Positions 28,157 to 35,037 of a stretch of 64,000 bases of DNA are shown piece after piece (position 1 is the first letter of the stretch; every line of letters starts with the position of its first letter). The stretch covers positions 1 through 64,000 of the IMG/VR virus record IMGVR_UViG_3300035670_000030; one strand, given 5' to 3'. The position numbers were made by a program, and so were the translations under genes. The DNA is from a virus. A model generated the notes under the pieces. The model was given only the letters and a program-made list of their open reading frames with translations. It searched no databases and was not told where the DNA came from.

Positions 28157-30022
28157 ATGGGCTACTTATCACCAGAAGATTATAGAAAATTAGGCTTACC
28201 AATAGGAATTTTATCTTTCTCTGGAGATAGTTATACATATAGCGGGATTGATCAATTATCTGGAGATCTTATAACAACAAATTCGAACCTTGATATAACA
28301 GGCTCTACTCTTAGTAGTCAATTAAATCAACTTAACAACAAGATTTTTTCAGGGGTTCAGTCTCCTGAAATATTAATAACTGGAAATTCTTGGTATTCTG
28401 GAGTCGGAAATAGTTCATTAAATAGAAGTTGGGCGGCAATTGATTCTTCTCTTGATGGCTCATATGTATTAGCAACTGCAGAAAGTAGCACTTCTGGAGT
28501 ATTTGAAAGTTTTAATTCTGGAAAAAATTTTACTTATTTAAATTTAAGGCCAAATACTTTAAGTTTTCAACAAAACGGTGTCGCAGTTTCTGATGATGGA
28601 AACGTAGCTATTGTATCACATTCTACAGGATTATTTATAAAAAGAAATGGGGTATGGAACTCAACGCAAGCTGGGTCAAATCGTAGATGGAGAGCAGTAG
28701 ATATTTCTTCGGATGGTAAATATATGGTTGCCACTCAAGAGTTTAATACAAGTGGTTCGATTTGGATGAGCACAGATTCTGGGGTTTCTTGGTCTTTAAA
28801 ACTTAATAGGACAGGTTTACAATTTGGAACACCACCAGAAGTTTTAGCGCCAGAATTTAGATTAGTTTCAATTAGTGATGATGCAAAGTATCAATTAGTA
28901 GGTAATTATGTTAATGAAGTTTTAATAAGTCATGATTCTGGAAATAATTGGTTTGTTGCATCTGGTCTTGCAACTGCCAACTGGTATGATTCGGCAATTT
29001 CGGCAAATGGTCGCCATATGATGCTTGGAAGAGTATCACCTTTTCCACCATTAATACTCTGGCGAAGTGACGATTATGGAATAACGTGGGAGTATACCTC
29101 AAATCCAGATCCAGATCGTGTGAATATTGCATATGGAGTGTCCATGTCTAAGGATGCAAAAACCAGAGCTTTTGTTGGTCTAAGCTCTTTGGGAACAGAA
29201 ACTAATATATATCTTTCCTATGATTCTGGTAATAGCTGGACGAGAGAAACTGGGGCAATTGTTAATCAATATAAAATATTTACTTCTGTTTCTGATCGAC
29301 TAATTTCTGTCAACACTTCTTTTAATAATTTATGGTTTAAATCATATTTAAATCAAAGTGCTGGGGATGTACTACCAGCAAACCAAGATATTGTTTACAC
29401 AAAATATAATCAAACAATTAGTGGTGATAAAAATTTTACGGTAAGACCTACTGTTAATAATACGGGCGTATTGTTACAAGGTGAGGCTACTGCCGCTAAT
29501 ATTGAAAATGTTGTTTATACAACTGGAGAACAGACAATTAGCGGTAAAAAAACTTTTGCTGCTCAAAATTATATATTTTCTGGTGTTAATTTAACTTTAA
29601 AAAACGGTACAGTTTTAACTTCTGAAATCGGTTCGACTGGGATTTTTAATAGTGTAAATACTTTTACAGCAAATAATACTTTTACAGCAAATAATACTTT
29701 TAAAGGAGATACTACTTTTTCTGGAACTACTTATTTTAATGGATTTCCTTATGTTAAATATCCATCTGTAGGTTTTAGCACTGATCCTAATTTAGGAAAT
29801 GAGCAATGGTATCATGAATTTATTGCATCTCAAAATGGTGATATAACCTTTCAATATTTTAGTGGTTTATCTATCTACTCTGAGATAAGGGCTAATTTTA
29901 AAGAAGAAAATTTAATTAATACATCTGGAATAAGTTTAACAATTAGCGGAGTTTCTTACCCAATTAAGAAAGTATTAGGGATAGTTATTAACAACACAAA
30001 TTATCGACTTCCTTTATTCTAA
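28157..30022 (+). CDS. tail-fibre/receptor-binding protein with Asp-box beta-propeller
   Basis: SxDxGxxW repeats (STDSGVSW, SHDSGNNW, SDDYGITW, SYDSGNSW); VYTxxxQTISGxKxF fibre repeats; GTGTAA at 28143. Confidence 0.75.
   Translation: MGYLSPEDYRKLGLPIGILSFSGDSYTYSGIDQLSGDLITTNSNLDITGSTLSSQLNQLNNKIFSGVQSPEILITGNSWYSGVGNSSLNRSWAAIDSSLDGSYVLATAESSTSGVFESFNSGKNFTYLNLRPNTLSFQQNGVAVSDDGNVAIVSHSTGLFIKRNGVWNSTQAGSNRRWRAVDISSDGKYMVATQEFNTSGSIWMSTDSGVSWSLKLNRTGLQFGTPPEVLAPEFRLVSISDDAKYQLVGNYVNEVLISHDSGNNWFVASGLATANWYDSAISANGRHMMLGRVSPFPPLILWRSDDYGITWEYTSNPDPDRVNIAYGVSMSKDAKTRAFVGLSSLGTETNIYLSYDSGNSWTRETGAIVNQYKIFTSVSDRLISVNTSFNNLWFKSYLNQSAGDVLPANQDIVYTKYNQTISGDKNFTVRPTVNNTGVLLQGEATAANIENVVYTTGEQTISGKKTFAAQNYIFSGVNLTLKNGTVLTSEIGSTGIFNSVNTFTANNTFTANNTFKGDTTFSGTTYFNGFPYVKYPSVGFSTDPNLGNEQWYHEFIASQNGDITFQYFSGLSIYSEIRANFKEENLINTSGISLTISGVSYPIKKVLGIVINNTNYRLPLF
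29657..29701 (+). repeat. 18-bp tandem repeat x2.5 (NTFTAN)
   Basis: aatacttttacagcaaat repeated. Confidence 0.8.
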
Positions 30023-30026
30023 AAAT

Positions 30027-30097
30027 TGCGGGATGTCGGAATCGAACCGACGACTTGACTTTGGAAGAGTCCAGTTTTACCACTAAACTAATCCCGC
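30027..30097 (-). tRNA. tRNA-Gly(TCC)
   Basis: GCGGGAT/ATCCCGC acceptor, CTTCCAA loop, GGTTCGATTCC; discriminator A. Confidence 0.92.
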
Positions 30098-30098
30098 T

Positions 30099-30130
30099 AA
30101 AAAAATAGCAGACCATTGCTAGCCTGCTAC
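30099..30130 (-). terminator. intrinsic terminator
   Basis: TAGCAGGC...GTCTGCTA hairpin followed by T7. Confidence 0.75.
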
Positions 30131-30154
30131 TTCTGTTTATGCTTTTAAATTAAT

Positions 30155-30262
30155 TTATTTAACAGCGCAAACAGTTGTTTTGCCGCAAGGCTGGCAGGGC
30201 TTTTTAGAAGCACATGCCGTCAATGCAACCACAACAAGGATTGATAGAATAATATGTTTCAT
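30155..30262 (-). CDS. 35-aa Cys-rich lipoprotein (MKHIILSILVVVALTACASKKPCQPCGKTTVCAVK), absent from ORF track
   Basis: Lipobox LTAC; own promoter TTGACA(30299)-17-TATAAT and own terminator. Confidence 0.85.
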   Translation of the reverse strand: MKHIILSILVVVALTACASKKPCQPCGKTTVCAVK

Positions 30263-30270
30263 AGTCTACT

Positions 30271-30299
30271 ATTATAGTGAAGATTTAAATAAATGTCAA
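30271..30299 (-). promoter_or_regulatory. perfect-consensus sigma70 promoter
   Basis: TTGACA-17-TATAAT, 8 nt before ATG 30262. Confidence 0.85.
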
Positions 30300-30478
30300 T
30301 TATTTTTCTTTCTTTCTTTCACCCATTTACTTTTAAATTTCATTGTCCAATCCATTAAAGCATAAGCAAACCCAACATCACGCCCAGCACGTTCGCTTTC
30401 ATACCATTTATGTTTCATTACTTCTTCTTTCTGAGCTAAGAACTCTTTATATATAGAGGTCTTTTCAATATTCATCAC
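30296..30478 (-). CDS. small DUF4032-like protein
   Basis: SIYKEFLA..EEVMKHKWYESERAGRDVGF..AL.DW; GTGTAA at 30493-30488. Confidence 0.7.
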   Translation of the reverse strand: MMNIEKTSIYKEFLAQKEEVMKHKWYESERAGRDVGFAYALMDWTMKFKSKWVKERKKNN

Positions 30479-30506
30479 ATTTATATATTACACATAAATA
30501 TAAAAA

Positions 30507-30597
30507 TACTGGGTGCTGGAATCGAACCAGCGCTCGGCCCTCATCTAGGGCACCACGGGTATAAGCCGTGCGGTGCTTCCAGTTACACTAACCCAGT
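30507..30597 (-). tRNA. tRNA with TAT anticodon (nominally Ile) and long variable arm
   Basis: ACTGGGT/ACCCAGT acceptor, CACGG-CTTATAC-CCGTG, variable stem GCCCT/AGGGC, GCTGG-TTCGATT-CCAGC. Confidence 0.85.
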
Positions 30598-30599
30598 TT

Positions 30600-30794
30600 T
30601 TAAAATTCAAATCTGAAAGTAGGTTTATTTACAACCATTTCCTGCAAAAATTTTTGATTAAAAAGTAAATGCAATTCATCAATTTGAGTTTGCAATTTTT
30701 TATTTTCCTTGTTAACTGAAACGATAGCTAAAATGCAAATCATAAAGCCAAGTGACATAATAAACGCAAAATAAATATTGATATTATCTTTCAT
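30600..30794 (-). CDS. small single-pass membrane protein
   Basis: TM helix then coiled coil; TTGACT(30830)-17-TAACAT-7-ATG. Confidence 0.7.
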   Translation of the reverse strand: MKDNINIYFAFIMSLGFMICILAIVSVNKENKKLQTQIDELHLLFNQKFLQEMVVNKPTFRFEF

Positions 30795-30838
30795 AATAGA
30801 AATGTTATAATTTTTTGAATAAAAAGTCAACTTAAAAG

Positions 30839-30909
30839 CTGCCCCCCAACGACTCGAACGTTGAAAAATTCCTCCAAAGGGAACCGTGATACCATTTCAC
30901 CAGAGGGCA
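30839..30909 (-). tRNA. tRNA-Gln(TTG)
   Basis: TGCCCTC/GGGGGCA acceptor, GTTCC-CTTTGGA-GGAAT. Confidence 0.9.
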
Positions 30910-30915
30910 ATCAAA

Positions 30916-31182
30916 TTAATTTACATCAGAATAATTTTTAAGCGCCCTGCCAAGAGCGATACGATTGCCCAATTTACGATTCCATTGATCTTTTTTACTA
31001 CAGTTAGCAACGCCAAAAGAATCTTTACCATCAGGACTCGTTAATTCGATACGAGTATAACGATCAAACAGTGCTTCATCATTTTCATATTTACCATGAA
31101 TCACGCGCACTTTCCATCCAGCGCGCCGCAGTTGATGAATTGTAGGAATATTACGACTATTAATATCAATTGTGTTATTCAT
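30916..31182 (-). CDS. conserved phage hypothetical protein
   Basis: A.CS.KDQWNRKLG..IALGRA motif; TTGACT(31218)-17-TAATAT-7-ATG. Confidence 0.75.
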   Translation of the reverse strand: MNNTIDINSRNIPTIHQLRRAGWKVRVIHGKYENDEALFDRYTRIELTSPDGKDSFGVANCSKKDQWNRKLGNRIALGRALKNYSDVN

Positions 31183-31226
31183 GTTTTTGATATTATCGGA
31201 ATTTTAAGAAAGAGTCAAATAAAAAA

Positions 31227-31299
31227 TAGCAGGAGTGAGATTTGAACTCACGCATGGTAGGTTATGAGCCTACTGACTTAACCTCTTGTCGATCCTGCA
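31227..31299 (-). tRNA. tRNA-Met(CAT), initiator-like
   Basis: GTAGG-CTCATAA-CCTAC; unpaired 1:72 (T:T); A11-T24. Confidence 0.85.
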
Positions 31300-31305
31300 A
31301 TTAAA

Positions 31306-31647
31306 ATTTGGTGTTTTTATCGCACTTTGGACCAGATCAGAGTTGCGCCTCTGCTGGCATTGTCTAACAACCTGTTAGACTCAGAACACCTAACCATTTA
31401 ACAGCGGTTTTAGCCCATCTAGCTTTGGATAACCCAGAACCCACGCTCTTCTTTTTTGACTATCAACTATAGTAGTCTTATTCACTGTGGAACTCTATAT
31501 GTCTAGCCAGAACACGGACACGTATCCGTTATATAGAGAGGTAGAGTTGCATACCTTAATTAAAGGCGATCCCGATTTTAATGGTTGTACATCGCCACAC
31601 CACCATTTATTAGCATCTCTGCTCCTATCGAGCGGTTTGCTAATAAA
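31306..31647 (-). ncRNA. candidate ~340-nt structured non-coding RNA of unknown family
   Basis: No credible ORF, GC higher than flanks, at least 7 stems, lies between promoter+boxA and tRNA-Met. Confidence 0.7.
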
Positions 31648-31649
31648 AT

Positions 31650-31662
31650 TTTTCAAAGAACT
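31650..31662 (-). promoter_or_regulatory. boxA-like antitermination element
   Basis: AGTTCTTTGAAAA at the predicted transcript 5' end. Confidence 0.7.
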
Positions 31663-31667
31663 ATTTT

Positions 31668-31696
31668 TATATACACTTATTTTATTACTTTGTCAA
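31668..31696 (-). promoter_or_regulatory. sigma70-type promoter of the ncRNA/tRNA operon
   Basis: TTGACA-17-TATATA. Confidence 0.7.
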
Positions 31697-31702
31697 CTGT
31701 TT

Positions 31703-31966
31703 TTAAAATAAAATTTCTAATCCAGTTTCTCCGTAATCGGGCATACCTACATCCATAGAATGACTACTAATATATGGTTGAGCTACTTTGCCTTTAATAT
31801 TTACTCTTTCTGAAATAGGATATGTCGCAGAAATAATATGTTTGCCTTTAATAAATTGTTGGCTACTATATCTTGTTCCAGTGACCTCACCTTTTACTTG
31901 AATTTTGTCAAGATGTTCGCAACTACTGGTTAGTAACAATATCGGGATTATCAATATTTTTTTCAT
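31703..31966 (-). CDS. putative lipoprotein
   Basis: MKKILIIPILLLTSSC signal/lipobox; C-terminal Phe. Confidence 0.7.
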   Translation of the reverse strand: MKKILIIPILLLTSSCEHLDKIQVKGEVTGTRYSSQQFIKGKHIISATYPISERVNIKGKVAQPYISSHSMDVGMPDYGETGLEILF

Positions 31967-32087
31967 TTTCTTTTTCTTTTTTATTCCAATTTATGGCATC
32001 ATAATTATCACGATATTTTTGTGAGAAACAATTTCTTGGTTTATCACCTTTACCAGCGCCACAAGAATTATTATTTTGGCAGTCCAT
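31923..32087 (-). CDS. small conserved phage protein (54 aa; GAGKGDKPR...YRDNYDAINW), absent from ORF track
   Basis: Manual translation; TTGACT(32122)-17-TAATAT-6-ATG. Confidence 0.75.
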   Translation of the reverse strand: MDCQNNNSCGAGKGDKPRNCFSQKYRDNYDAINWNKKEKENEKNIDNPDIVTNQ

Positions 32088-32128
32088 ATTTAGATATTAT
32101 TATTATTTATATAAAAAGTCAATTTTAT

Positions 32129-32175
32129 TTGACAATCATATAAAATTATTGTAATAATATATTATTCTTTGAAAT
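32129..32175 (+). promoter_or_regulatory. tmRNA promoter plus boxA-like element
   Basis: TTGACA(32129)-17-TAATAA then ATTCTTTGAAAT(32164-32175). Confidence 0.65.
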
Positions 32176-32178
32176 TTA

Positions 32179-32636
32179 GGGCGTGTACTGGTTTCGACAT
32201 TTGGTTGAAATTAAAAACGCATGTCGAGGTTAATCGATGGCCTCGTAAAAAATCGATTAAAAAATTAAAAGCAGAAGATAATACTGCCGATATCTTGGCT
32301 GAAGCCGAGTATATCTTTAACAATGCTTCCGAGTTCCTCGGTGGTGTTGAAGAAGAGTATCTCTTAGCAGCCTAAGGTCTTTATAACCAGATCCTCTAAG
32401 GTTATATCGATAAACAGAGGATGTCAGATTGTTGGTAGTTCTGATGTAATAATAAAATATCAACCGTTTATAGATTGCGATAATGTCTATAGGCAGACTG
32501 TAAACTCGGTTAGTATCACCAAGCAGCCTAAAGTCTTCGCTACCGTATGGTAGCTGAAATGCTAAAGACACTTAAACATGTAGACTTTTTAACGTAAATT
32601 AAATGGACAGGAGTTCAACTCTCCTCACGTCCACCA
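32179..32636 (+). ncRNA. ssrA: tmRNA; tag ORF 32271-32375 AEDNTADILAEAEYIFNNASEFLGGVEEEYLLAA*
   Basis: GGGCGTG/CACGTCC-ACCA acceptor with G3.U70, GGTTTCGAC, GCATG/CATGT, pk1 (CGAGG/CCTCG; TAATCGAT/ATCGATTA), T-arm AGGAGTTCAACTCTCCT, tag ending LAA. Confidence 0.95.
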
Positions 32637-33239
32637 TATATCACATACATCTATAGCACCAATTTCTGGATATTCGTTTATATGATATAACAAAAATTTT
32701 GAAAAATCTTGTACATGCATTGTTCCAACTCCCACTTTTGAATTATTAGATTTCCAATAGTAATTATTGTCTTTTTTATAAAATCTATTAGTATAATCAT
32801 CATCCCCATAAATAGCACATGGGCGAATAATTAAACAATTATTAATTTTATTTTGATTAATATATTCTTCAATTAAAAATTTATCTACACAATACCTATC
32901 ATAACTATTGGTCAAGTTTGGGCTGTTGATAATATTTTTTTCGTGAATCGACATTGTCGATATATAAATATATTTTTTATATTTTAAATATTTATAAGTA
33001 TTTTTAAATTGATTAACTGTATAACAAGAAAAATCAATAACAATATCAAAATTATAATTAGAAAGGGTTTTACAAGAATCTTCTACATTTCTGTCAAGTT
33101 TGATTAATGGGATATTTGAAAATAGATTTGGATTTGTTATTCCACGATTTGCTAATGCAATATTAAAATTATTATTAATTAGTAATTTAGTAAAATCTTT
33201 ACCAAGCATTTGAGTACCACCCAAAATTAATATTTTCAT
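32625..33239 (-). CDS. NAD-dependent epimerase/reductase (extended SDR)
   Basis: ILILGGTQMLG, NRG, DFSCY, YIST, YxxxK, IRP. Confidence 0.85.
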   Translation of the reverse strand: MKILILGGTQMLGKDFTKLLINNNFNIALANRGITNPNLFSNIPLIKLDRNVEDSCKTLSNYNFDIVIDFSCYTVNQFKNTYKYLKYKKYIYISTMSIHEKNIINSPNLTNSYDRYCVDKFLIEEYINQNKINNCLIIRPCAIYGDDDYTNRFYKKDNNYYWKSNNSKVGVGTMHVQDFSKFLLYHINEYPEIGAIDVCDIWWT

Positions 33240-33240
33240 G

Positions 33241-34134
33241 CTAACTATTTAATACTTCTTCAAATGGCTTATCAAAATTATTCCAATAATCTGGATGTTG
33301 TTCTATATTCCAAAGATCATTTTTTTTCCATCTTTCGAAGATAAAATGCGAACTTTTCCATTGTTGTTTAAATTGTTCTAAATGTTTTTTAACAATATAA
33401 ATTGGGTCGCTATGGAACCATTGTACAACCGCACTTCTATCAAACTTAGCCCCTACGAAAGCATGATAAGAAATAGGGCTGATTTCAAAAGCAAAAAGTC
33501 TATTATTAATTGGTAATATAGTTTCAGCGCGATCATGAATATTATAACTATTACAAACAGCAGTTCCACCACCATCTTCTATTTTAGGATTTTCTATATT
33601 ATTTAAATAAAATAAATTGGCGACACTTCTTATAATTTTTTTCGTAAATATCTGGCTATTACTGTCATCTGCGTATTCACAATCATCAATATTTTTAATG
33701 TCTTTATGTGGGTCTTCCATTGCTGAACATATTGATAAATCTTTATGTACCCAGCCACTTTTAGATGGTTGTTCTGGAGAACCTTTATGAAAGTGAGCCG
33801 AACAAGTTACATGTTGATTAAATTCGATATTTAAAATTTCAGACAAATAATCTTTCCAAAAAGTATCTATAAAAAACTCAAATCCATTCACATAATCATT
33901 AGATTTAAAACCATAAATAATAGCATTATAAATATTATTTGGATTGTCTCCTACTTGACCATGAGAGTAGTTTTTTCTAGAAATATATTCTGGGAATTGA
34001 TTAGATAATTTGGTATAAATTTCTGGCTTAAACAAATTATCAATTACTAAATATTTAAAAGGTTCCTGATACAAATTTACTACAACATTTTCAGAAACAT
34101 ATGGATGCTGTTTTAATTTCTCAATTAATGTCAT
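33241..34134 (-). CDS. 2OG-Fe(II) oxygenase
   Basis: EPF.YLVIDN, HKD, YLN, GGGT, NRLFAFEISP.SYH, R..VVQW. Confidence 0.8.
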   Translation of the reverse strand: MTLIEKLKQHPYVSENVVVNLYQEPFKYLVIDNLFKPEIYTKLSNQFPEYISRKNYSHGQVGDNPNNIYNAIIYGFKSNDYVNGFEFFIDTFWKDYLSEILNIEFNQHVTCSAHFHKGSPEQPSKSGWVHKDLSICSAMEDPHKDIKNIDDCEYADDSNSQIFTKKIIRSVANLFYLNNIENPKIEDGGGTAVCNSYNIHDRAETILPINNRLFAFEISPISYHAFVGAKFDRSAVVQWFHSDPIYIVKKHLEQFKQQWKSSHFIFERWKKNDLWNIEQHPDYWNNFDKPFEEVLNS

Positions 34135-34279
34135 TTTCAATTATCTTTTTTTCTATTTGTTCTCCTTGATATTCGAAAACAGCTATTTTTTCTCCTTCTT
34201 TATTTGTATAAGTATAAAGATATTCCATATCTGTTACTTGAATTTGTTTACCATTAATTTCTGTAAAGTCTAATTTCAT
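34121..34279 (-). CDS. small hypothetical protein
   Basis: MKLDFTEINGK..., TAATG-coupled to upstream gene. Confidence 0.6.
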   Translation of the reverse strand: MKLDFTEINGKQIQVTDMEYLYTYTNKEGEKIAVFEYQGEQIEKKIIENDIN

Positions 34280-34869
34280 TACAAATATTTTACTAAAAAC
34301 CAATATAGCTTATCTAATAATTTTTTTAAAAAATTAATTGGTTTAAGAATAATTTTATTTTTTATGAATCTCCAATATTTAGTATAAAATATATATTTAT
34401 TATACCAACGTTTTCGGCGCTCTTCATGCTCTTCCATCGTATTTTTTAATTTAATAATACGAACTGTAGCATCTATTATTTCATAAGAAAGTATTTCTAT
34501 ATTTTCAAGTTTTCCATTCGTAAATTTAGCAAGATAATCAATAGATATATCTTTAGCTTTGTCAGAAGATTCATCTTCGTGAATTGTTTCGTAGCAATAA
34601 AAATTTAAAATACCATGAAAATTTATCGGTACAATTTCTTCGCTAATGACATCCATATATCCTTTAAAAAAGGCACTGTCATCATCAACCCATTCATATT
34701 GACGTTTGCGCCAATTTAGAGTGCCATCTTCTTTCAAATAATAAAGATCCAACAAATTTTCTAAATCTTTAGTTTGGAATTCTTGATCGTAAGGATCGGG
34801 TAAAATATCTATAACTTCCAACGGAAGTGGAAGTGGATAGTCACATTGAATTGAATCAAACATTCCCAT
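34279..34869 (-). CDS. conserved phage hypothetical protein
   Basis: MGMFD..C.YPLP...FQTKDL...A.FT.GKL. Confidence 0.75.
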   Translation of the reverse strand: MGMFDSIQCDYPLPLPLEVIDILPDPYDQEFQTKDLENLLDLYYLKEDGTLNWRKRQYEWVDDDSAFFKGYMDVISEEIVPINFHGILNFYCYETIHEDESSDKAKDISIDYLAKFTNGKLENIEILSYEIIDATVRIIKLKNTMEEHEERRKRWYNKYIFYTKYWRFIKNKIILKPINFLKKLLDKLYWFLVKYL

Positions 34870-35036
34870 TATTGTTCGTCCTCCCATTTGGGTAATTCAA
34901 CATTTTCAATTGGTGCAAAATATTGGTCAATTTTATTTTCAATTCTAGAAAAACGAAATTCATTAGAAATTAATACTCCTAGTTGAATAATTAGAATCGA
35001 CAAAATTGCAAACATTGTTACGCGGTCTTCTTTCAT
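34869..35036 (-). CDS. small membrane protein
   Basis: One TM helix. Confidence 0.6.
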   Translation of the reverse strand: MKEDRVTMFAILSILIIQLGVLISNEFRFSRIENKIDQYFAPIENVELPKWEDEQ

Positions 35037-35037
35037 A

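Noticed and set aside
30180-30365. 61-aa plus-strand ORF
   Set aside because: Antisense shadow of the 35-aa lipoprotein and its promoter
31306-31647. RNase P, SRP, 6S or group I intron identity for the structured region
   Set aside because: Diagnostic conserved sequences were not found by eye on either strand; a covariance search is still needed
31487-31711. 74-aa plus-strand ORF
   Set aside because: GTG start, no promoter or coding-like composition, antisense to the promoter/boxA/structured RNA
32169-32571. ORFs 32169-32375 (+) and 32317-32571 (-)
   Set aside because: Both lie within the tmRNA; only the tag portion is translated, by trans-translation
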